Source: Diplonema japonicum (Eukaryota; Protista; Euglenozoa: Diplonemea). From it: a DNA stretch of 64,000 nt. The notes beneath the pieces are model-generated. The model was not told the DNA's origin and made no database searches. It worked only from the letters and a program-made list of their open reading frames with translations. Positions 25,701 to 38,731 of the stretch are shown one piece after another. Where the stretch lies: contig OZ025648.1 of NCBI GenBank assembly GCA_964019335.1, positions 62,001-126,000 on the forward strand, in the 5' to 3' direction. Numbering within the stretch: the first letter of the stretch is position 1; each line of letters starts with the position of its first letter. Made by a program: the position numbers and the translations under genes.

Positions 25701-28700
25701 ACCCGTTCGTTCTTGCAAAAAAGAAGAAGGGGTTCACAGTACTCCAAATAAGAAAAACTCCCACAAAACATTCGTTTGATGATTATGATCATCATATAAT
25801 TTCTTGTTTTTGTTTAAACACACCTGCAGGGTAGTCAACCATCCCACTCGCGGCGCTGGTGTCAACAAGGTAGGTGTCAAAGCAGTTTCCCGCTGTCCCG
25901 GTCGGAGCAGGACCACACACCCAGCTGAAGGAGAAGCCACTGTTCTGGCTGCTGCTGTCGCTTGTGAACCTCATCAGAACGTTTCCCTGGAACGCCCTCT
26001 CACTTGGAATGCTCGATCCACTGAGGTCCGTCTCCACACCAAGCCCATTGGTCACCTTCAGAACATCATTCGAAGATTCCGTGTCGAAGGTGAGCCAGGA
26101 GATCACAACGTACTGTGAACAGGTGAACCTCCAGCACTTGCTGTCGTCGTTCGGGTAATCGGCTGTGCCTGCAGGGTAGTCGACCATCCCACTCGCGGCG
26201 CTGGTGTCAACAAGGTAGGTGTCAAAGCAGTTTCCCGCTGTCCCGGTCGGAGCAGGACCACACACCCAGCTGAAGGAGAAGCCACTGTTCTGGCTGCTGC
26301 TGTCACTTGTGAACCTCATCAGAACGTTCCCCTGGAAAGCCCTCTCACTCGGGATGCTCGACCCACTGAGGTCTGTCTCCACGCCCATCCCGTCAGTGAC
26401 CTTCAGTGTGTCGTGTGTGGACTCTGTGTCGAAGGTGAGCCAGGAGATCACAACGTACTGTGAACAGGTGAATCTCCAGCACTTGCTGTCGTCGTTCGGG
26501 TAGTCTGCAGTGCCTGCAGGGTAGTCAACCATCCCACTCGCGGCGCTGGTGTCAACAAGGTAGGTGTCAAAGCAGTTTCCTGCTGTCCCGGTCGGAGCAG
26601 GACCACACACCCAGCTGAAGGAGAAGCCACTGTTCTGGCTGCTGCTGTCGCTTGTGAACCTCATCAGAACGTTCCCCTGGAAAGCCCTCTCACTCGGGAT
26701 GCTCGATCCACTCAAGTCTGTCTCCACACCAAGCCCATTGGTCACCTTCAGAACATCATTCGAAGATTCCGTGTCGAAGGTGAGCCAGGAGATCACAACG
26801 TACTGTGAACAGGTGAACCTCCAGCACTTGCTGTCGTCGTTCGGGTAATCGGCTGTGCCTGCAGGGTAGTCGACCATCCCACTCGCGGCGCTGGTGTCAA
26901 CAAGGTAGGTGTCAAAGCAGTTTCCTGCTGTCCCGGTCGGAGCAGGACCACACACCCAGTTGAAGGAGAAGCCACTGTTCTGGCTGCTGCTGTCACTTGT
27001 GAACCTCATCAGAACGTTCCCCTGGAAAGCCCTCTCACTCGGGATGCTCGATCCACTGAGGTCCGTCTCCACACCAAGCCCATTGGTCACCTTCAGAACA
27101 TCATTCGAAGATTCCGTGTCGAAGGTGAGCCAGGAGATCACAACGTACTGTGAGCAGGTGAACCTCCAGCACTTGCTGTCGTCGTTCGGGTAGTCTGCCG
27201 TACCTGTGGTTGAGTTAGTAAAAATCAAAAACCGTGCACTGGACCAAAAAAGGCAAGAAATGACTGAAGCCCCAATTCATTGGAATACCATTCTTAATTT
27301 CTCTCGTGTTTTTTTACTATACCCTCCCCCCCCACTATGCCTTCCATTCATCAATCTTGGCATCCATGGTACTAGGGTTTATGTGTCAGACTGAATTGGC
27401 GCCGGGTGTATAGAAGCGGGAACTAAAAAGGCACAGGGGATGCCCTCAGTGAAAACAGCCCCTCATATACCCCTCACGGGTCCAGGCAGGATCAACACCT
27501 AGGGTAGGGTCACAACAGACTACTGCTAAACGTTGCAAAATCTCACACCCGTGATATGACATTCCCACAAGTAGGGTAGGGCCGTGTCAAGAAGCTAAAG
27601 GGACTCATAGAGAAGTACCCAGGAAAACCAGTAGAGGTCTTATCAACACCTGCGTCTTCCAAAGGGCAGGGGGACTTCGCTCTGCAAACATAATCTGCCC
27701 GCGGGCAAAATTATTCGGGGATCCTTACTTTCTCTTGTTGTTTGTGCGTGCCGGGTAGAAACTTGGAGAAGCTTATGAACCCGTAAACACGTTGCCAACG
27801 CTCCCCTTTTGTTTAGACAAGTCAAAGACCCGTTCGTTCTTGCAAAAAAGAAGAAGGGGTTCACAGTACTCCAAATAAGAAAAACTCCCACAAAACATTC
27901 GTTTGATGATTATGATCATCATATAATTTCTTGTTTTTGTTTAAACACACCTGCAGGGTAGTCAACCATCCCACTCGCGGCGCTGGTGTCAACAAGGTAG
28001 GTGTCAAAGCAGTTTCCCGCTGTCCCGGTCGGAGCAGGACCACACACCCAGCTGAAGGAGAAGCCACTGTTCTGGCTGCTGCTGTCGCTTGTGAACCTCA
28101 TCAGAACGTTTCCCTGGAACGCCCTCTCACTTGGAATGCTCGATCCACTGAGGTCCGTCTCCACACCAAGCCCATTGGTCACCTTCAGAACATCATTCGA
28201 AGATTCCGTGTCGAAGGTGAGCCAGGAGATCACAACGTACTGTGAACAGGTGAACCTCCAGCACTTGCTGTCGTCGTTCGGGTAATCGGCTGTGCCTGCA
28301 GGGTAGTCGACCATCCCACTCGCGGCGCTGGTGTCAACAAGGTAGGTGTCAAAGCAGTTTCCCGCTGTCCCGGTCGGAGCAGGACCACACACCCAGCTGA
28401 AGGAGAAGCCACTGTTCTGGCTGCTGCTGTCACTTGTGAACCTCATCAGAACGTTCCCCTGGAAAGCCCTCTCACTCGGGATGCTCGACCCACTGAGGTC
28501 TGTCTCCACGCCCATCCCGTCAGTGACCTTCAGTGTGTCGTGTGTGGACTCTGTGTCGAAGGTGAGCCAGGAGATCACAACGTACTGTGAACAGGTGAAT
28601 CTCCAGCACTTGCTGTCGTCGTTCGGGTAGTCTGCAGTGCCTGCAGGGTAGTCAACCATCCCACTCGCGGCGCTGGTGTCAACAAGGTAGGTGTCAAAGC

Positions 28701-31700
28701 AGTTTCCTGCTGTCCCGGTCGGAGCAGGACCACACACCCAGCTGAAGGAGAAGCCACTGTTCTGGCTGCTGCTGTCGCTTGTGAACCTCATCAGAACGTT
28801 CCCCTGGAAAGCCCTCTCACTCGGGATGCTCGATCCACTCAAGTCTGTCTCCACACCAAGCCCATTGGTCACCTTCAGAACATCATTCGAAGATTCCGTG
28901 TCGAAGGTGAGCCAGGAGATCACAACGTACTGTGAACAGGTGAACCTCCAGCACTTGCTGTCGTCGTTCGGGTAATCGGCTGTGCCTGCAGGGTAGTCGA
29001 CCATCCCACTCGCGGCGCTGGTGTCAACAAGGTAGGTGTCAAAGCAGTTTCCTGCTGTCCCGGTCGGAGCAGGACCACACACCCAGTTGAAGGAGAAGCC
29101 ACTGTTCTGGCTGCTGCTGTCACTTGTGAACCTCATCAGAACGTTCCCCTGGAAAGCCCTCTCACTCGGGATGCTCGATCCACTGAGGTCCGTCTCCACA
29201 CCAAGCCCATTGGTCACCTTCAGAACATCATTCGAAGATTCCGTGTCGAAGGTGAGCCAGGAGATCACAACGTACTGTGAGCAGGTGAACCTCCAGCACT
29301 TGCTGTCGTCGTTCGGGTAGTCTGCCGTACCTGTGGTTGAGTTAGTAAAAATCAAAAACCGTGCACTGGACCAAAAAAGGCAAGAAATGACTGAAGCCCC
29401 AATTCATTGGAATACCATTCTTAATTTCTCTCGTGTTTTTTTACTATACCCTCCCCCCCCACTATGCCTTCCATTCATCAATCTTGGCATCCATGGTACT
29501 AGGGTTTATGTGTCAGACTGAATTGGCGCCGGGTGTATAGAAGCGGGAACTAAAAAGGCACAGGGGATGCCCTCAGTGAAAACAGCCCCTCATATACCCC
29601 TCACGGGTCCAGGCAGGATCAACACCTAGGGTAGGGTCACAACAGACTACTGCTAAACGTTGCAAAATCTCACACCCGTGATATGACATTCCCACAAGTA
29701 GGGTAGGGCCGTGTCAAGAAGCTAAAGGGACTCATAGAGAAGTACCCAGGAAAACCAGTAGAGGTCTTATCAACACCTGCGTCTTCCAAAGGGCAGGGGG
29801 ACTTCGCTCTGCAAACATAATCTGCCCGCGGGCAAAATTATTCGGGGATCCTTACTTTCTCTTGTTGTTTGTGCGTGCCGGGTAGAAACTTGGAGAAGCT
29901 TATGAACCCGTAAACACGTTGCCAACGCTCCCCTTTTGTTTAGACAAGTCAAAGACCCGTTCGTTCTTGCAAAAAAGAAGAAGGGGTTCACAGTACTCCA
30001 AATAAGAAAAACTCCCACAAAACATTCGTTTGATGATTATGATCATCATATAATTTCTTGTTTTTGTTTAAACACACCTGCAGGGTAGTCAACCATCCCA
30101 CTCGCGGCGCTGGTGTCAACAAGGTAGGTGTCAAAGCAGTTTCCCGCTGTCCCGGTCGGAGCAGGACCACACACCCAGCTGAAGGAGAAGCCACTGTTCT
30201 GGCTGCTGCTGTCGCTTGTGAACCTCATCAGAACGTTTCCCTGGAACGCCCTCTCACTTGGAATGCTCGATCCACTGAGGTCCGTCTCCACACCAAGCCC
30301 ATTGGTCACCTTCAGAACATCATTCGAAGATTCCGTGTCGAAGGTGAGCCAGGAGATCACAACGTACTGTGAACAGGTGAACCTCCAGCACTTGCTGTCG
30401 TCGTTCGGGTAATCGGCTGTGCCTGCAGGGTAGTCGACCATCCCACTCGCGGCGCTGGTGTCAACAAGGTAGGTGTCAAAGCAGTTTCCCGCTGTCCCGG
30501 TCGGAGCAGGACCACACACCCAGCTGAAGGAGAAGCCACTGTTCTGGCTGCTGCTGTCACTTGTGAACCTCATCAGAACGTTCCCCTGGAAAGCCCTCTC
30601 ACTCGGGATGCTCGACCCACTGAGGTCTGTCTCCACGCCCATCCCGTCAGTGACCTTCAGTGTGTCGTGTGTGGACTCTGTGTCGAAGGTGAGCCAGGAG
30701 ATCACAACGTACTGTGAACAGGTGAATCTCCAGCACTTGCTGTCGTCGTTCGGGTAGTCTGCAGTGCCTGCAGGGTAGTCAACCATCCCACTCGCGGCGC
30801 TGGTGTCAACAAGGTAGGTGTCAAAGCAGTTTCCTGCTGTCCCGGTCGGAGCAGGACCACACACCCAGCTGAAGGAGAAGCCACTGTTCTGGCTGCTGCT
30901 GTCGCTTGTGAACCTCATCAGAACGTTCCCCTGGAAAGCCCTCTCACTCGGGATGCTCGATCCACTCAAGTCTGTCTCCACACCAAGCCCATTGGTCACC
31001 TTCAGAACATCATTCGAAGATTCCGTGTCGAAGGTGAGCCAGGAGATCACAACGTACTGTGAACAGGTGAACCTCCAGCACTTGCTGTCGTCGTTCGGGT
31101 AATCGGCTGTGCCTGCAGGGTAGTCGACCATCCCACTCGCGGCGCTGGTGTCAACAAGGTAGGTGTCAAAGCAGTTTCCTGCTGTCCCGGTCGGAGCAGG
31201 ACCACACACCCAGTTGAAGGAGAAGCCACTGTTCTGGCTGCTGCTGTCACTTGTGAACCTCATCAGAACGTTCCCCTGGAAAGCCCTCTCACTCGGGATG
31301 CTCGATCCACTGAGGTCCGTCTCCACACCAAGCCCATTGGTCACCTTCAGAACATCATTCGAAGATTCCGTGTCGAAGGTGAGCCAGGAGATCACAACGT
31401 ACTGTGAGCAGGTGAACCTCCAGCACTTGCTGTCGTCGTTCGGGTAGTCTGCCGTACCTGTGGTTGAGTTAGTAAAAATCAAAAACCGTGCACTGGACCA
31501 AAAAAGGCAAGAAATGACTGAAGCCCCAATTCATTGGAATACCATTCTTAATTTCTCTCGTGTTTTTTTACTATACCCTCCCCCCCCACTATGCCTTCCA
31601 TTCATCAATCTTGGCATCCATGGTACTAGGGTTTATGTGTCAGACTGAATTGGCGCCGGGTGTATAGAAGCGGGAACTAAAAAGGCACAGGGGATGCCCT

Positions 31701-34700
31701 CAGTGAAAACAGCCCCTCATATACCCCTCACGGGTCCAGGCAGGATCAACACCTAGGGTAGGGTCACAACAGACTACTGCTAAACGTTGCAAAATCTCAC
31801 ACCCGTGATATGACATTCCCACAAGTAGGGTAGGGCCGTGTCAAGAAGCTAAAGGGACTCATAGAGAAGTACCCAGGAAAACCAGTAGAGGTCTTATCAA
31901 CACCTGCGTCTTCCAAAGGGCAGGGGGACTTCGCTCTGCAAACATAATCTGCCCGCGGGCAAAATTATTCGGGGATCCTTACTTTCTCTTGTTGTTTGTG
32001 CGTGCCGGGTAGAAACTTGGAGAAGCTTATGAACCCGTAAACACGTTGCCAACGCTCCCCTTTTGTTTAGACAAGTCAAAGACCCGTTCGTTCTTGCAAA
32101 AAAGAAGAAGGGGTTCACAGTACTCCAAATAAGAAAAACTCCCACAAAACATTCGTTTGATGATTATGATCATCATATAATTTCTTGTTTTTGTTTAAAC
32201 ACACCTGCAGGGTAGTCAACCATCCCACTCGCGGCGCTGGTGTCAACAAGGTAGGTGTCAAAGCAGTTTCCCGCTGTCCCGGTCGGAGCAGGACCACACA
32301 CCCAGCTGAAGGAGAAGCCACTGTTCTGGCTGCTGCTGTCGCTTGTGAACCTCATCAGAACGTTTCCCTGGAACGCCCTCTCACTTGGAATGCTCGATCC
32401 ACTGAGGTCCGTCTCCACACCAAGCCCATTGGTCACCTTCAGAACATCATTCGAAGATTCCGTGTCGAAGGTGAGCCAGGAGATCACAACGTACTGTGAA
32501 CAGGTGAACCTCCAGCACTTGCTGTCGTCGTTCGGGTAATCGGCTGTGCCTGCAGGGTAGTCGACCATCCCACTCGCGGCGCTGGTGTCAACAAGGTAGG
32601 TGTCAAAGCAGTTTCCCGCTGTCCCGGTCGGAGCAGGACCACACACCCAGCTGAAGGAGAAGCCACTGTTCTGGCTGCTGCTGTCACTTGTGAACCTCAT
32701 CAGAACGTTCCCCTGGAAAGCCCTCTCACTCGGGATGCTCGACCCACTGAGGTCTGTCTCCACGCCCATCCCGTCAGTGACCTTCAGTGTGTCGTGTGTG
32801 GACTCTGTGTCGAAGGTGAGCCAGGAGATCACAACGTACTGTGAACAGGTGAATCTCCAGCACTTGCTGTCGTCGTTCGGGTAGTCTGCAGTGCCTGCAG
32901 GGTAGTCAACCATCCCACTCGCGGCGCTGGTGTCAACAAGGTAGGTGTCAAAGCAGTTTCCTGCTGTCCCGGTCGGAGCAGGACCACACACCCAGCTGAA
33001 GGAGAAGCCACTGTTCTGGCTGCTGCTGTCGCTTGTGAACCTCATCAGAACGTTCCCCTGGAAAGCCCTCTCACTCGGGATGCTCGATCCACTCAAGTCT
33101 GTCTCCACACCAAGCCCATTGGTCACCTTCAGAACATCATTCGAAGATTCCGTGTCGAAGGTGAGCCAGGAGATCACAACGTACTGTGAACAGGTGAACC
33201 TCCAGCACTTGCTGTCGTCGTTCGGGTAATCGGCTGTGCCTGCAGGGTAGTCGACCATCCCACTCGCGGCGCTGGTGTCAACAAGGTAGGTGTCAAAGCA
33301 GTTTCCTGCTGTCCCGGTCGGAGCAGGACCACACACCCAGTTGAAGGAGAAGCCACTGTTCTGGCTGCTGCTGTCACTTGTGAACCTCATCAGAACGTTC
33401 CCCTGGAAAGCCCTCTCACTCGGGATGCTCGATCCACTGAGGTCCGTCTCCACACCAAGCCCATTGGTCACCTTCAGAACATCATTCGAAGATTCCGTGT
33501 CGAAGGTGAGCCAGGAGATCACAACGTACTGTGAGCAGGTGAACCTCCAGCACTTGCTGTCGTCGTTCGGGTAGTCTGCCGTACCTGTGGTTGAGTTAGT
33601 AAAAATCAAAAACCGTGCACTGGACCAAAAAAGGCAAGAAATGACTGAAGCCCCAATTCATTGGAATACCATTCTTAATTTCTCTCGTGTTTTTTTACTA
33701 TACCCTCCCCCCCCACTATGCCTTCCATTCATCAATCTTGGCATCCATGGTACTAGGGTTTATGTGTCAGACTGAATTGGCGCCGGGTGTATAGAAGCGG
33801 GAACTAAAAAGGCACAGGGGATGCCCTCAGTGAAAACAGCCCCTCATATACCCCTCACGGGTCCAGGCAGGATCAACACCTAGGGTAGGGTCACAACAGA
33901 CTACTGCTAAACGTTGCAAAATCTCACACCCGTGATATGACATTCCCACAAGTAGGGTAGGGCCGTGTCAAGAAGCTAAAGGGACTCATAGAGAAGTACC
34001 CAGGAAAACCAGTAGAGGTCTTATCAACACCTGCGTCTTCCAAAGGGCAGGGGGACTTCGCTCTGCAAACATAATCTGCCCGCGGGCAAAATTATTCGGG
34101 GATCCTTACTTTCTCTTGTTGTTTGTGCGTGCCGGGTAGAAACTTGGAGAAGCTTATGAACCCGTAAACACGTTGCCAACGCTCCCCTTTTGTTTAGACA
34201 AGTCAAAGACCCGTTCGTTCTTGCAAAAAAGAAGAAGGGGTTCACAGTACTCCAAATAAGAAAAACTCCCACAAAACATTCGTTTGATGATTATGATCAT
34301 CATATAATTTCTTGTTTTTGTTTAAACACACCTGCAGGGTAGTCAACCATCCCACTCGCGGCGCTGGTGTCAACAAGGTAGGTGTCAAAGCAGTTTCCCG
34401 CTGTCCCGGTCGGAGCAGGACCACACACCCAGCTGAAGGAGAAGCCACTGTTCTGGCTGCTGCTGTCGCTTGTGAACCTCATCAGAACGTTTCCCTGGAA
34501 CGCCCTCTCACTTGGAATGCTCGATCCACTGAGGTCCGTCTCCACACCAAGCCCATTGGTCACCTTCAGAACATCATTCGAAGATTCCGTGTCGAAGGTG
34601 AGCCAGGAGATCACAACGTACTGTGAACAGGTGAACCTCCAGCACTTGCTGTCGTCGTTCGGGTAATCGGCTGTGCCTGCAGGGTAGTCGACCATCCCAC

Positions 34701-37700
34701 TCGCGGCGCTGGTGTCAACAAGGTAGGTGTCAAAGCAGTTTCCCGCTGTCCCGGTCGGAGCAGGACCACACACCCAGCTGAAGGAGAAGCCACTGTTCTG
34801 GCTGCTGCTGTCACTTGTGAACCTCATCAGAACGTTCCCCTGGAAAGCCCTCTCACTCGGGATGCTCGACCCACTGAGGTCTGTCTCCACGCCCATCCCG
34901 TCAGTGACCTTCAGTGTGTCGTGTGTGGACTCTGTGTCGAAGGTGAGCCAGGAGATCACAACGTACTGTGAACAGGTGAATCTCCAGCACTTGCTGTCGT
35001 CGTTCGGGTAGTCTGCAGTGCCTGCAGGGTAGTCAACCATCCCACTCGCGGCGCTGGTGTCAACAAGGTAGGTGTCAAAGCAGTTTCCTGCTGTCCCGGT
35101 CGGAGCAGGACCACACACCCAGCTGAAGGAGAAGCCACTGTTCTGGCTGCTGCTGTCGCTTGTGAACCTCATCAGAACGTTCCCCTGGAAAGCCCTCTCA
35201 CTCGGGATGCTCGATCCACTCAAGTCTGTCTCCACACCAAGCCCATTGGTCACCTTCAGAACATCATTCGAAGATTCCGTGTCGAAGGTGAGCCAGGAGA
35301 TCACAACGTACTGTGAACAGGTGAACCTCCAGCACTTGCTGTCGTCGTTCGGGTAATCGGCTGTGCCTGCAGGGTAGTCGACCATCCCACTCGCGGCGCT
35401 GGTGTCAACAAGGTAGGTGTCAAAGCAGTTTCCTGCTGTCCCGGTCGGAGCAGGACCACACACCCAGTTGAAGGAGAAGCCACTGTTCTGGCTGCTGCTG
35501 TCACTTGTGAACCTCATCAGAACGTTCCCCTGGAAAGCCCTCTCACTCGGGATGCTCGATCCACTGAGGTCCGTCTCCACACCAAGCCCATTGGTCACCT
35601 TCAGAACATCATTCGAAGATTCCGTGTCGAAGGTGAGCCAGGAGATCACAACGTACTGTGAGCAGGTGAACCTCCAGCACTTGCTGTCGTCGTTCGGGTA
35701 GTCTGCCGTACCTGTGGTTGAGTTAGTAAAAATCAAAAACCGTGCACTGGACCAAAAAAGGCAAGAAATGACTGAAGCCCCAATTCATTGGAATACCATT
35801 CTTAATTTCTCTCGTGTTTTTTTACTATACCCTCCCCCCCCACTATGCCTTCCATTCATCAATCTTGGCATCCATGGTACTAGGGTTTATGTGTCAGACT
35901 GAATTGGCGCCGGGTGTATAGAAGCGGGAACTAAAAAGGCACAGGGGATGCCCTCAGTGAAAACAGCCCCTCATATACCCCTCACGGGTCCAGGCAGGAT
36001 CAACACCTAGGGTAGGGTCACAACAGACTACTGCTAAACGTTGCAAAATCTCACACCCGTGATATGACATTCCCACAAGTAGGGTAGGGCCGTGTCAAGA
36101 AGCTAAAGGGACTCATAGAGAAGTACCCAGGAAAACCAGTAGAGGTCTTATCAACACCTGCGTCTTCCAAAGGGCAGGGGGACTTCGCTCTGCAAACATA
36201 ATCTGCCCGCGGGCAAAATTATTCGGGGATCCTTACTTTCTCTTGTTGTTTGTGCGTGCCGGGTAGAAACTTGGAGAAGCTTATGAACCCGTAAACACGT
36301 TGCCAACGCTCCCCTTTTGTTTAGACAAGTCAAAGACCCGTTCGTTCTTGCAAAAAAGAAGAAGGGGTTCACAGTACTCCAAATAAGAAAAACTCCCACA
36401 AAACATTCGTTTGATGATTATGATCATCATATAATTTCTTGTTTTTGTTTAAACACACCTGCAGGGTAGTCAACCATCCCACTCGCGGCGCTGGTGTCAA
36501 CAAGGTAGGTGTCAAAGCAGTTTCCCGCTGTCCCGGTCGGAGCAGGACCACACACCCAGCTGAAGGAGAAGCCACTGTTCTGGCTGCTGCTGTCGCTTGT
36601 GAACCTCATCAGAACGTTTCCCTGGAACGCCCTCTCACTTGGAATGCTCGATCCACTGAGGTCCGTCTCCACACCAAGCCCATTGGTCACCTTCAGAACA
36701 TCATTCGAAGATTCCGTGTCGAAGGTGAGCCAGGAGATCACAACGTACTGTGAACAGGTGAACCTCCAGCACTTGCTGTCGTCGTTCGGGTAATCGGCTG
36801 TGCCTGCAGGGTAGTCGACCATCCCACTCGCGGCGCTGGTGTCAACAAGGTAGGTGTCAAAGCAGTTTCCCGCTGTCCCGGTCGGAGCAGGACCACACAC
36901 CCAGCTGAAGGAGAAGCCACTGTTCTGGCTGCTGCTGTCACTTGTGAACCTCATCAGAACGTTCCCCTGGAAAGCCCTCTCACTCGGGATGCTCGACCCA
37001 CTGAGGTCTGTCTCCACGCCCATCCCGTCAGTGACCTTCAGTGTGTCGTGTGTGGACTCTGTGTCGAAGGTGAGCCAGGAGATCACAACGTACTGTGAAC
37101 AGGTGAATCTCCAGCACTTGCTGTCGTCGTTCGGGTAGTCTGCAGTGCCTGCAGGGTAGTCAACCATCCCACTCGCGGCGCTGGTGTCAACAAGGTAGGT
37201 GTCAAAGCAGTTTCCTGCTGTCCCGGTCGGAGCAGGACCACACACCCAGCTGAAGGAGAAGCCACTGTTCTGGCTGCTGCTGTCGCTTGTGAACCTCATC
37301 AGAACGTTCCCCTGGAAAGCCCTCTCACTCGGGATGCTCGATCCACTCAAGTCTGTCTCCACACCAAGCCCATTGGTCACCTTCAGAACATCATTCGAAG
37401 ATTCCGTGTCGAAGGTGAGCCAGGAGATCACAACGTACTGTGAACAGGTGAACCTCCAGCACTTGCTGTCGTCGTTCGGGTAATCGGCTGTGCCTGCAGG
37501 GTAGTCGACCATCCCACTCGCGGCGCTGGTGTCAACAAGGTAGGTGTCAAAGCAGTTGGCGGAGGTACCAGTTACGACACCGCAGGTGAAGGACAGTGTG
37601 AAGCCATCACCAGTGGAGGATGAGTCAGAGGTGAAGTGCAGCGTTGTGTCACCAGTGGCGATGAGCGTTGCAGGCAGGGAAGATCCCGTGACCTCTGTGG

Positions 37701-37932
37701 TAGCGGCGGCAGTATCGGTGATGGCCAGCTTGTCGCAACAAGACTCAGCATCAACCATCGTAAAGGTTATTGTGACTGATGAGGGACACGTGATGGTCCA
37801 GCAAATATCCTCGTTATCGCTGTATGCCACACCACCTGCGGGGTAGTCAAGCGTGCCTGACGTAAGTGGGCTGCATGGCGCAGAAGATGCCAGCTGGAGG
37901 CACAGAAGAGTGCATAACCATGAGATTCTCAT
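22795..37932 (-). CDS. Giant type I membrane protein with 30 tandem CUB domains (cubilin-like architecture), ~3551 aa, 7 exons
   Basis: Signal peptide MRISWLCTLLCLQLASSA at 37932. Exons 36459-37932, 34332-35711, 32205-33584, 30078-31457, 27951-29330, 25824-27203 and 22795-25076, separated by six 747-nt phase-1 introns (GTGTGT..TACTAACTCAACCACAG). Splicing restores DYPAG|TADYPND exactly as at intron-less repeat junctions. CUB motifs YPND..CW, FDTE..D.L.V, FTSD.S..GF; TM ILLVMIVALTAVVLCLGIAVIVMY followed by RKRK. Confidence 0.88.
24126..37557. repeat. Higher-order tandem repeat: 2127-bp unit (4 x 345-bp CUB monomers + 747-bp intron), ~6.3 copies
   Basis: Identical ORF sets recur with an exact 2127-bp offset (25792, 27919, 30046, 32173, 34300, 36427); 345-bp sub-period within exons. 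Confidence 0.97.
25077..25823 (-). other. 747-nt spliceosomal intron; further copies at 27204-27950, 29331-30077, 31458-32204, 33585-34331 and 35712-36458
   Basis: GT..AG ends, TACTAAC branch-point match ending 10 nt before the intron 3' end, phase-1 frame restoration. Confidence 0.88.
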
Positions 37933-38731
37933 GTTTGTTCTTTTATGCTTTTTGGTACTATACCTTTTGAATAGGTGTATGCTACCTTTGAAGTTTAAGT
38001 ACTGGGCAATGTGACTGACATTTGAGGGACGTATAAAATATAAACGGCGGTTAACCCAGAGTGCAGTCACGAAAGGAGGAAAAGATGGGGAAAAGCAAGA
38101 AAAAGTAAAACGAATGAGATTTTGGGTAGGTGCGTTGTAAGGGTGAAAAAGAAGAAGGGGGGAGAAAGAAGAAGAAAAAAAATTATGGATAATATTCGTC
38201 TGTCTTCTTTTTTTTTTCCTCGTTGTTGGAAGAAGCAGGGGGGGGGGGGGGGGGAGAAGAAATGAATTTGTTCCAATTTTTTTTTCCTCTCATTTTTTTT
38301 TCCATCCCCATTTTTTATTATTATTTTTCTTTTTCTTTTTTGCAATGTTCTCATTTCATTCAATTCAGCCAATTTGCTGCTCGCTGGGATAATAAAAAAA
38401 AAAAAAAAAGAAAAAAAGAAAAAAGAAACTAAGGGTTGTTAATAGGATACGAGGGACAGTTGGCAAAGGTAATATGTAAGAACACAACAATTGGTAGATG
38501 CCAAAGAATGAAAGTTTGAAAGAAGAAAACTGAGAAAACATGTGAAAAACGTAGTAGGTGTTGTGGAAGGTGCTTTTCTTTTTTTTCTTTTTTTCTTTTT
38601 TAATCCTTCACGTTGGCACGCTTCCTAGTTATAACTCATTTTTCTTTTCTTTTCTTTTCTTTTCTTTTTTAAACCATATTGGATATGGCGGTTGTAGAGG
38701 AGAAAAGGAAAAGAAGTTGTAGAAGTTGGTG

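Noticed and set aside
24126-37557. CRISPR-like array, or a tandem family of separate 478-aa genes
   Set aside because: There are no unique spacers. The ORFs lack an ATG and signal peptide and are bounded by splice sites that join them into one gene.
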